A stretch of DNA of 64,000 bases from Armatimonadota bacterium (GTDB taxonomy: Bacteria; Armatimonadota; SYMT01). The notes beneath the pieces are model-generated. The model searched no databases. It worked only from the letters and a program-made list of their open reading frames with translations, and was not told the DNA's origin. Of this stretch, positions 46,636-54,322 are shown piece after piece (the stretch's first letter is position 1; every line of letters starts with the position of its first letter). Location: contig JBKBRF010000007.1 of the NCBI GenBank assembly GCA_046292385.1, forward strand, positions 48,728-112,727, read 5' to 3'. The translations under genes and the position numbers were made by a program.

Positions 46636-48027
46636 ATGACGCTCTGGAACGTCGCCGTGCTGGCCCTCATCCTGGGCGCCATGGGCGGCGTGGTGCGATA
46701 TCGCGTGCAGGCCGACCGGCTGGCGGCGGTCGACCGGACCCTCGCCGAGCGGGCGCACGAGTCGGGACGCCTGTGGGCGCTCGGCCCTGCCCCTCCCGGG
46801 CTCCGCGCCGCCGGCCGACGCAGATTGCTCGACCCGACGCCCGCGGCTGCCGACGGATCGCCCGGCGCCCCCCGCGCGCTGCCGCCGCTCCCGCCGCGGA
46901 TCGTCCCTCGCGACCGGGCCGGCAAGGAGCACTGGGATCAGCCCTGGGATCGAGACGCCTTCGCTCGCTGTCTCGCCGGTCGGACCGTCTATTCCACCGT
47001 GTGGGACGGCGGCGTGCCGATGCGGATCCTGTCGATGCCGATCGAGCGCCGGGGCCGGATCGACGAGGTGCTTCAGCTCGCCTATCCGCTCGGCGGCGTG
47101 CTGCGGGAGATCGACGAGCTGACGGCCACGCTCCTGGCCCTGGTGCCTCTCGGGCTGCTCGCCGCCGGGCTGGGCGGCGCCTTTCTGACCGGCCGCGCGC
47201 TCCGTCCGGTACGGGAGATCGCCGCGACCGCCGCGCGCCTGGGGGTGAATGACCTTTCCGAACGGCTGCCGGTCTCGGGTCGGGACGAGCTCTCGGAGCT
47301 GGCGGTGTCGATCAACGCCATGCTGGCGCGGCTGGAGGAGGCGTTCGAGCGCCAGCGCCGCTTCACCGCGGACGCCTCCCACGAGCTGCGCACGCCGCTG
47401 TCGATCGTCAAGGCGAACACCGGCCTCGCCCTCGAGCACCCCTGGCCCGAGGACCGGTATCGTGAATTCCTCACTGCCATCGACACCGCCGCCGGCCGGC
47501 AGAGCCGGATCGTGGAAGAGCTGCTCTTCCTCGCCCGGGCCGACGCCGGCAAGCTGGCCCGCGACGTGGGGCCGGTCTGCCTCCTCGACGTGCTGGAGGA
47601 AGCCGCGGAGGCGGTGTCGCGGCCGGATCGCCCTCCCATTCGGCTGGAGCCGATCGACCCGGCACTCATGGTAGCGGGCAGCGGCTCGGAGCTGGCCCGG
47701 CTGTTTACCAACCTGCTGGAGAACGCGGCCCGGCACACCCCGCCCGAGGGCAGCGTCACGGTCTCCGCGAGGGTCGAGGCGACGAGCGTCGTCGTCGCGG
47801 TGACCGATACCGGCGAAGGCATCGCGCCGGAGCACCTGCCGCACCTCGGCGAGCGGTTCTACCGGGTCGATGCCGCGCGCTCCGCCAGCACGGGCGGCAA
47901 CGGCCTGGGCCTGGCGATCTGCCGGAGCATCACCGAGGCCCATGGGGGCCGGATGAGCTTCGAGAGCCGGGTCGGCGAGGGTACGACGGTGCGGATCCGG
48001 CTGCCGCTCTGCCTGCCGCAGACGTGA
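46636..48027 (+). CDS. HAMP-domain sensor histidine kinase (original 5' end separated by the insertion)
   Basis: TM1, HAMP, FTADASHELRTPL, NLLENA, DTGEGI, RFYRVD and GLGLAI motifs. Confidence 0.93.
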   Translation: MTLWNVAVLALILGAMGGVVRYRVQADRLAAVDRTLAERAHESGRLWALGPAPPGLRAAGRRRLLDPTPAAADGSPGAPRALPPLPPRIVPRDRAGKEHWDQPWDRDAFARCLAGRTVYSTVWDGGVPMRILSMPIERRGRIDEVLQLAYPLGGVLREIDELTATLLALVPLGLLAAGLGGAFLTGRALRPVREIAATAARLGVNDLSERLPVSGRDELSELAVSINAMLARLEEAFERQRRFTADASHELRTPLSIVKANTGLALEHPWPEDRYREFLTAIDTAAGRQSRIVEELLFLARADAGKLARDVGPVCLLDVLEEAAEAVSRPDRPPIRLEPIDPALMVAGSGSELARLFTNLLENAARHTPPEGSVTVSARVEATSVVVAVTDTGEGIAPEHLPHLGERFYRVDAARSASTGGNGLGLAICRSITEAHGGRMSFESRVGEGTTVRIRLPLCLPQT

Positions 48028-48131
48028 CCCGGCGTCTCGCTCCCACCTCCCGGAGAGCACTCGCCCGTGTCTGCAGATCGGCCCGGCCATGTCGTAGTGG
48101 AAGCGATATTTCGAAAAAGGCGGCGCCGCCA

Positions 48132-48157
48132 TGTCGATTCGGACTCCCCCGCACGAC
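48132..48157 (+). promoter_or_regulatory. ECF42-type promoter
   Basis: TGTCGA-N16-CGAC upstream of a DGPF gene matches the ECF42 consensus TGTCGA / CG(A/T)C. Confidence 0.65.
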
Positions 48158-48195
48158 CACTCCATGACGAAGCAAGATCCCGACAAGGAGAAACG

Positions 48196-48603
48196 ATGGC
48201 CAGGTACCTGTTGCTGAAGCACTACCGGGGGGCGCCGGCGCCCGTGAACGACGTTCCGATGGACCAGTGGACGCCCGAGGAGGTCGAGGCGCACATCCAG
48301 TTCATGCGGGACTTCGCCGCGCGGCTGGAGAGCACCGGCGAATTCGTCGACGCGCAGGCGCTGGCGCCGCACGGCGTGTGGGTCCGCTACGACGGAGAGG
48401 GGCGGGCGCCGGTGACCGACGGTCCGTTCCCCGAGACGAAAGAGCTGATCGCCGGATGGATGGCGATCGACGTCGACAGCTACGAGCGAGCGATCGAGCT
48501 GGCCGGGGAGCTCTCGTCAGCCCCGGGGGCCGGTGGGAAGCCGATCCACGAGTGGCTGGAGGTGCGACCGTTCCTGACCGCGCCGCCTGTCGCCGCGGAG
48601 TGA
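48196..48603 (+). CDS. YciI/DGPF family protein
   Basis: VTDGPFPETKELIAGW motif; AAGGAG SD. Confidence 0.92.
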   Translation: MARYLLLKHYRGAPAPVNDVPMDQWTPEEVEAHIQFMRDFAARLESTGEFVDAQALAPHGVWVRYDGEGRAPVTDGPFPETKELIAGWMAIDVDSYERAIELAGELSSAPGAGGKPIHEWLEVRPFLTAPPVAAE

Positions 48604-48696
48604 CCGATCCTCCCGCACGCCTGGACGACCCTCGACGGGTGTCTCCCGTCGGGGGCAGCTCACCGCGACCTTCGCTCACACAGGGGCTATGCGATC

Positions 48697-49170
48697 ATGA
48701 CCGAAAAAGGCAAATTGCTGCGGATGGACAACGTGCTCATCGTGGTCGAGGACCTAGAGGCTGCCAAAGCGTTCTTCGTCGAGCTCGGGATGGAGCTGGA
48801 AGGCGAGACGCAGGTCGAGGGCGGCTGGGTCGACCGCATCGTCGGGCTCGAGGGCGTCCGCGCCGACATCACGATGATGCGGACCCCGGACGGCCACAGC
48901 CGGGTCGAGCTGACGAAGTTCCACACGCCGCCGGCGGTGAAAGCGGAGCCGGAAAGCGCGCCGGCGAACACGCTGGGCCTCCGCCGCCTCATGTTCGCGG
49001 TCGAGGGTATCGACGAGGTCGTCGCGCGCCTGCGCCGCCGCGGCGCCGAGCTCGTCGGCGAGATCGCCCAGTACGAGGACCTCTACCGGCTCTGCTTCCT
49101 GCGCGGCCCGGAGGGCATCCTCATCGGGCTGGCCGAGCAGTTGGGCAATCCACCGGTGACGGATGCCTGA
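48697..49170 (+). CDS. VOC/glyoxalase family protein
   Basis: RMDNVLIVVEDLEAAKAFF, TPDGHSRVEL and RGPEGILIGLAE motifs. Confidence 0.92.
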   Translation: MTEKGKLLRMDNVLIVVEDLEAAKAFFVELGMELEGETQVEGGWVDRIVGLEGVRADITMMRTPDGHSRVELTKFHTPPAVKAEPESAPANTLGLRRLMFAVEGIDEVVARLRRRGAELVGEIAQYEDLYRLCFLRGPEGILIGLAEQLGNPPVTDA

Positions 49171-49228
49171 GGGAACGCTCGGCGCAGACGAGACGTGTCT
49201 TCGCTTGCGCAGCGCTCTCGGGTGTTTC

Positions 49229-51817
49229 TTACCGGAAGTGGAACCGGATGCCGCCGGTGAAGTGACCGTGCTTGAGCTGCCTCACCTGGTCTGCCGCGGC
49301 GCCGGGATCGATCCGGCGGGCGGCGGCGAGTGCCTCCTCGGCGGTGCGGGCGGCGATCGGCGTCAGCGGGCGCTCCCGCGGCTGCCGCTCCACCTCCGGG
49401 GTGGGGGTCCACTTGTACCAGCCGGCGGGGACGTACTCCGCCACGATCGAGGCGTTCAGGAAGTCCTCCGGCCGCACGTTCATGGAGCGTTTCCCCCACT
49501 GCCGCTCCGATTCGCGCATCGTCTCTTCGTGGCGCTGCATCGTCGCCTGCTGCTGCGCTGGCGAGAGCAGGCGGAACGGCACCCCCTCCGGCTCCAGCGC
49601 CTGCCGGAGCTGCGCCGGGGTCAGGATCGTCAGGTAGCGGGCGAGAGTGCGGAAGAGGGGATCGTTGTCCGGTCGGCCGCCGAGGAAGTGCCACTCCGGG
49701 ATGCCCCGGCAGTGCATCACCGCCTCCGCCAGGCCGCTGGAGCTGAGCTGCGGGTCGGGAAGGCCGGCGATCTCCAGGAAGTCCGCGAAGGGAAGCCCGC
49801 CGTTCGCTTCGGCGCTGCGCTGCCAGCGGTCCAGCTCGCGGTTGGGAACCTCCTTCAGCTTGTCCCAGAAGTAGCTGGTGCTCCGCGCCAGGAGGAAGTC
49901 GCCGTCTTTCGTCCAGCGGACTCCTAGCGCGTCGCCGGCCTCGCAGAGGGTGTCGAACAGCTCCGCTTCCGGGCGGGTGAAGGCGGTCTGCGGGTAGATC
50001 CGGGTGTAGTAGTCCGCCACGATCGGCAGCGCCGTCGCCTGGTGAATGGCTTCCCACACGTCCGCCGAGGTCACGTGCGGCTCCACCTTCTTCTCGTCCC
50101 TGGTGGGTGCTTTGCCCGGCTTCAGGGCGGGGCACGACGGCTCCGGCCGCAGCGCGAGGCGGCGGTCGAACGGCGCCCGGCCCCGGAGAGCGGCATTCAG
50201 CTGCGCGTTGCCCGGCTTCTCCGCGGAGGGGTTCCGGGCGGTGGCCAGCTTGCTGTCCCAGAAGGTCTGGCCCTCGTACCCCTTCTCGGGCCAGGAAGCG
50301 GTGGTCCGCGCGCTCAGCGTGAGCTCTCCCAGCTCGGAGCGGTGCAGCTTCAGCCGGAGCTGAGTGACGCGGATCCCCGGCACATCCTGGATCTTCACCG
50401 TCCCGTCGCCGTGGCGGACGGAAGAGGGGCGCGACTGCAGGATCGGCTGGGACCACTCACCGGGCAGCCGGCGGTCCGGGTTCGGGTCGTCCGGGCGCAG
50501 CACCACTTCCTCGCCGGAGACCAGCGCCGCCCGCTCTCCCGGGGTCAGCCGGTGGTAGAGCTGGGTGCCGCCCCAGCCGCCGCCATTCACCAGGTTGAAC
50601 AGGCTCTTGTCCCGCGGGCTCTGCTCTTCCCACTTCATGTAGGCCTGCGCGAACGGCAGCTCCGTGTAGGGCCGCAGTCGCTGCATGTCGCTGTCGAGCT
50701 CGAGGAGCGCGGCATGGAGGTCGCGGTTCCGCAGCTCTTCCTCCGCGAGCTGCGACTTCAGCTCCAGGACCAGCTCGTACCGGTAGGCGCCTTCCTCGCC
50801 GGTGCGACCCCACAGCGCGCCGAAGAGGCGGGCGACCGCGCGCATCACGCTGCGCGCGTCCTGGTCCTTCACCAGCACCGTCGCCTTCTCGTCCGCCAGG
50901 GCGCGGGAGATGCGGAGCTGCACGCCGGTCTGCTCCTGGAGCTGCGCCGCGACCTCGGCGAGCGCGGCTCCCTTCGCCCGGAGCGTCACCTTGCGGAACA
51001 GGCGCGGGTCTACGACCTTCGCCTGCTGCTCGTACTCCCGCACCGCCGCCGCAACCGCGGGTCCCTGCGCCCGGCCCGCCAGCCGGGGCAGCGGGATCCG
51101 GACGAAGTCGTCCGCCGCCGGCGGCAGGCTGCGGAGGACGGCGGCGATCTGCTCCTGCTCCTGCGGCGTGGCGGCGGTCCACTGCGCCAGCAGCGCGAGG
51201 TCGCGCCCGTCCAGGAACTCGTCATCCCCCTCCCGGGTCGGCGCCACTCCGGGAGTCGTGCTCCAAGGCGCTGGGGGGAGGCGTCGTGGGGAAGCCGCCA
51301 CCTGCGCGCCCGCCCCTGCGAGCTGCGGTCTCGGTTTCGGCGACGTGGGGAGACCTCCGGCCGGCGCGGGCGGCGGCTCCACTCCGGCATGCGTTGTCCG
51401 CGGTGCGGTGGAGCGGGGGGCGGGGCTCGGCGTGCCGTGGACGGGCGGCTCACTCCGGCGAGCCACCGCGGGCGAGCCCGGCCGCTCCGGACGGTTCAGC
51501 AGGAGCACCGCCGCGCCGACCGCCGCCGCGGCCGCGAGGCCACCCGCCGTTGCGAGGGCCGGCAGCCGGGACGGCGACCGCCGCGCGGCGAGCGGCGTCT
51601 CGGAGAGGCGGTCCAGCACCTTCCGGACCAGCTCGTCGCCCGCCGCGGGGATCGCGAGACTGCCCGCCAGCTCCCCGGAGAGGCGGAGCAGCGACTGCCA
51701 CTCGGTCCGGCACGCCGCGCACCGCTCCAGGTGCGCCGCGAGGCCGGCGGGGAGCTCTCCGCCGAGATCGGCGTGCCGCTCCAGCTGCTTGCGGGACCAG
51801 GCGCAGCGCAGACTCAT
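49229..51817 (-). CDS. Large membrane protein with N-terminal zf-HC2 anti-sigma domain and an STN-like extracytoplasmic domain
   Basis: HLERCAAC, one TM, Pro-rich linker, RKVTLRAKGAALAEVAAQLQEQTGV (secretin/TonB N-terminal-like); ATGA overlap with the sigma gene. Confidence 0.8.
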   Translation of the reverse strand: MSLRCAWSRKQLERHADLGGELPAGLAAHLERCAACRTEWQSLLRLSGELAGSLAIPAAGDELVRKVLDRLSETPLAARRSPSRLPALATAGGLAAAAAVGAAVLLLNRPERPGSPAVARRSEPPVHGTPSPAPRSTAPRTTHAGVEPPPAPAGGLPTSPKPRPQLAGAGAQVAASPRRLPPAPWSTTPGVAPTREGDDEFLDGRDLALLAQWTAATPQEQEQIAAVLRSLPPAADDFVRIPLPRLAGRAQGPAVAAAVREYEQQAKVVDPRLFRKVTLRAKGAALAEVAAQLQEQTGVQLRISRALADEKATVLVKDQDARSVMRAVARLFGALWGRTGEEGAYRYELVLELKSQLAEEELRNRDLHAALLELDSDMQRLRPYTELPFAQAYMKWEEQSPRDKSLFNLVNGGGWGGTQLYHRLTPGERAALVSGEEVVLRPDDPNPDRRLPGEWSQPILQSRPSSVRHGDGTVKIQDVPGIRVTQLRLKLHRSELGELTLSARTTASWPEKGYEGQTFWDSKLATARNPSAEKPGNAQLNAALRGRAPFDRRLALRPEPSCPALKPGKAPTRDEKKVEPHVTSADVWEAIHQATALPIVADYYTRIYPQTAFTRPEAELFDTLCEAGDALGVRWTKDGDFLLARSTSYFWDKLKEVPNRELDRWQRSAEANGGLPFADFLEIAGLPDPQLSSSGLAEAVMHCRGIPEWHFLGGRPDNDPLFRTLARYLTILTPAQLRQALEPEGVPFRLLSPAQQQATMQRHEETMRESERQWGKRSMNVRPEDFLNASIVAEYVPAGWYKWTPTPEVERQPRERPLTPIAARTAEEALAAARRIDPGAAADQVRQLKHGHFTGGIRFHFR

Positions 51818-52386
51818 AGCCCGTACTCCTCTCCGACCGCCCGCCGCAGCAGGCGCATCGCCCCGGCCAGGCGGCCGATCACGGTCGATTCGGGAACCCC
51901 GAGCGCGAGGGCGATCTCCCGCCGGGAGCAGCCGCCGCCGAAGCGCATTACCACCGGGACGCGGTACTTCTCCGGGAGGGACGCGACCGCCCCGCCCAGC
52001 GCCCGGCGCCGCTCGTCCGTCAGCAACTGCAGCTCCGGGGAAGCGCCGCCGTCCAGCCAATCGGGATCGATCGCCTCGGTCCGGCGCACTCGCTTGCGGC
52101 GGAGCAGGTCGCTGCAGAGATGGCGCGCGATCTGCATCAGCCACGGCTGCCACTGGCCGGCGCCGCGGAGACGGGGGAGGGACTGGTAGGCGCGGAGGAA
52201 GATCTCCTGGACCGCGTCCTCCGCCTCCTCCCGGCTGCCGAGTTGCGCGTAGGCGTAGACGTAGACGAGCTGGCGCTCGCACTCGATCAGCCGCGAGAAG
52301 GCGGTGCGGTCTCCCGCCCGGGCGGCCTCGATGAGCTGATCGTATGACCGGTCCACCTGCTTCCGCTCCAGTGCCAGGCTCCACAT
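51814..52386 (-). CDS. ECF RNA polymerase sigma factor
   Basis: EAEDAVQEIFLRAY, WLMQIAR, LPEKYR and EIALALGVPESTV motifs. Confidence 0.93.
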   Translation of the reverse strand: MWSLALERKQVDRSYDQLIEAARAGDRTAFSRLIECERQLVYVYAYAQLGSREEAEDAVQEIFLRAYQSLPRLRGAGQWQPWLMQIARHLCSDLLRRKRVRRTEAIDPDWLDGGASPELQLLTDERRRALGGAVASLPEKYRVPVVMRFGGGCSRREIALALGVPESTVIGRLAGAMRLLRRAVGEEYGL

Positions 52387-52496
52387 AGCTGCCTCTAGCG
52401 AGGACGGGGTTGCTCGCTCTGCATGCTAAGACGCACCAGTTACCGGAACGAAAGATTCTTCTGCCGGGATTTTGACGGGAGTACTGGGAGCGGCTT

Positions 52497-53237
52497 CTAC
52501 ACGGCGGCGAAGCGGCGGTTTACCTCCGCCCAGTCGAGGTGCTCCAGGAACTTCGCCACGTAGTCGGCCTTCTGGTTCTGGTAGTCGACGTAGTAGGCGT
52601 GCTCGTAGACGTCGCAGACGACGAGCGGCTGCCCGAACCAGAGCACCCCGACCTCGTGCAGGTCGCTGGCGACGTTGTAGAGCTGCCCGTTGACCGCGTC
52701 CCGCGCCAGGATTCCCCAGCCGTTGGCCGCCATGCTCGCGGCGCGGAAGTCGTCCGCCCAGCGCTCCAGCGAGCCGAAGCGCCGGGCGAGCGCCGTGCGG
52801 ACGTCCTCCCGCGGGCCGGCCGGGGCCGCCGTCATGTTGTCGAAGTAGAGCTCGTGGAGCACCACGCTGTTGGCGCGGTTGATCCGGTCCTTCACCAGGA
52901 AGCTGTGGGCGGGCGAGGCGACCGGTCCCTCCGCCTGCAGCGCCTTGGAGAGCTGCTGCTCGTCGTTCAGCAGCGCCTTCAGCGCTCCCCCGTAGTGCGC
53001 GGTGTGGTGCGGCGTGAGCTGCGCCGTGGAGAGGAAGCCGGGGATCTCCGCGTAGGGGAGCGGCTTCGGCGTCTCCGTCCGCAGCCCGGAGCCCTGCGGA
53101 TACGGCGCGAGGCGCCCTTCCCGCGCTTCCCCGGCCTCCGCGGGTGCCAGCTCGGCTACCATGATTCCGGCGGCGCAGCCGGTGAAGCCGCGCAGCACCT
53201 CGCGGCGAACGATGCGACCCCGACCGTTACGGTCCAT
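52497..53237 (-). CDS. Fe/Mn superoxide dismutase family protein with Tat-like signal (ChrC-like)
   Basis: RREVL signal; HHTAHY, LHELYF and CDVYEHAYYVDY motifs. Confidence 0.88.
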   Translation of the reverse strand: MDRNGRGRIVRREVLRGFTGCAAGIMVAELAPAEAGEAREGRLAPYPQGSGLRTETPKPLPYAEIPGFLSTAQLTPHHTAHYGGALKALLNDEQQLSKALQAEGPVASPAHSFLVKDRINRANSVVLHELYFDNMTAAPAGPREDVRTALARRFGSLERWADDFRAASMAANGWGILARDAVNGQLYNVASDLHEVGVLWFGQPLVVCDVYEHAYYVDYQNQKADYVAKFLEHLDWAEVNRRFAAV

Positions 53238-53364
53238 AAGCGTCCTTTCTCCGGCCGCGTCCGGCGCGGCTCCATAGAACTGTGCGAGGAGAAACCCGGC
53301 TGTTTCCTCCAAGTTACCATGGCGGAGTGAGAGTGGCTGCCGGACGGCGGCCGGGGAGAGCTAC

Positions 53365-54318
53365 GTGAGCTTCAAGCTGGTCTTGCTGGAGCCGGTGAAC
53401 GAGGAGCGCTGGGCGGAGGCGGCCCGCGGGGCGGTGCCGGAGGCCGCGGTGGTGGTCTGCCGGGACGCGGAGCAGGCGGCCGCGGAGATCGTCGACGCCG
53501 ACGCGGCGTTCGGCACGGTACCGCCGGAGCTGCTGGCGCGCGCCGGGCGGCTGCGCTGGCTGCAGGCGCCGCAGGCCGGGCCGCCCGCCGGCTGGTACTA
53601 CCCGGAGCTGGTGGCGCATCCGGTCACGGTCACCAACTTCCGCGGCATCTTCAACGACCACCTCGGCGCGCACATCCTGAGCTTCGTGCTCGCCTTCGCC
53701 CGCGGGCTCCACGTCTACCTGCCGCGCCAGCTCCGCCGGGAGTGGCGGCCGGGCGCGCCGCTGGTCCACCTGCCGGAAGCGACCGCCATCCTCGTCGGCG
53801 TGGGCGGGATCGGCGGGGAGACGGCGCGGCTGCTGGCGGCGTTCGGCGTGACGGTGCTGGCGGTCGACCCGCGCCAGACCGGAGCGCCGGAGGGGGTGGC
53901 GGAGCTCCACCCGCCGGACCGGCTGGACCACCTGCTCCCGCGGGCCGACTTCGTCATCAGCACCGCGCCGGAGACGCCGGAGACGCAGCGCCTCTTCGAC
54001 CGGGAGCGCCTCCGCCGGATGAAGCGCTCCGCCTACCTGATCAACATCAGCCGCGGCGCCCTGGTGGTGCTCGACGACCTGGTCGCGGCGCTGGAGGCAG
54101 GCGAGATCGCGGGCGCCGCCCTCGACGTCTTCGAGCAGGAGCCGCTGCCGGCCGGCCACCCGCTCTGGACGCTCCCCGGCGTGCTGATCACGCCGCACGT
54201 CGGCGGGGAAGGGCCGTACCTGGACGAGCGCCGCGCGGAGATCCTGGCGGAGAACTGCCGGCGCTTCGCCGCGGGAGAGTCGCTGCGGAACGTCGTCGAC
54301 AAGGCCAACTGGTTCTGA
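53365..54318 (+). CDS. D-2-hydroxyacid dehydrogenase family protein
   Basis: GVGGIG, INISRG, AALDVFEQEPL and ITPHVGG motifs. Confidence 0.93.
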   Translation: MSFKLVLLEPVNEERWAEAARGAVPEAAVVVCRDAEQAAAEIVDADAAFGTVPPELLARAGRLRWLQAPQAGPPAGWYYPELVAHPVTVTNFRGIFNDHLGAHILSFVLAFARGLHVYLPRQLRREWRPGAPLVHLPEATAILVGVGGIGGETARLLAAFGVTVLAVDPRQTGAPEGVAELHPPDRLDHLLPRADFVISTAPETPETQRLFDRERLRRMKRSAYLINISRGALVVLDDLVAALEAGEIAGAALDVFEQEPLPAGHPLWTLPGVLITPHVGGEGPYLDERRAEILAENCRRFAAGESLRNVVDKANWF

Positions 54319-54322
54319 CCGC

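Noticed and set aside
51818..52384. Apparent 1051-aa sigma/anti-sigma fusion
   Set aside because: The first ~190 codons are an off-frame read of the sigma gene; the anti-sigma starts at the ATGA overlap (51817).
52425..52460. Autoregulatory ECF promoter (GAATC...CGTC) upstream of the sigma gene
   Set aside because: A -10-like CGTC is present, but the spacing to the putative -35 (~19-20 nt) is too long to call confidently.
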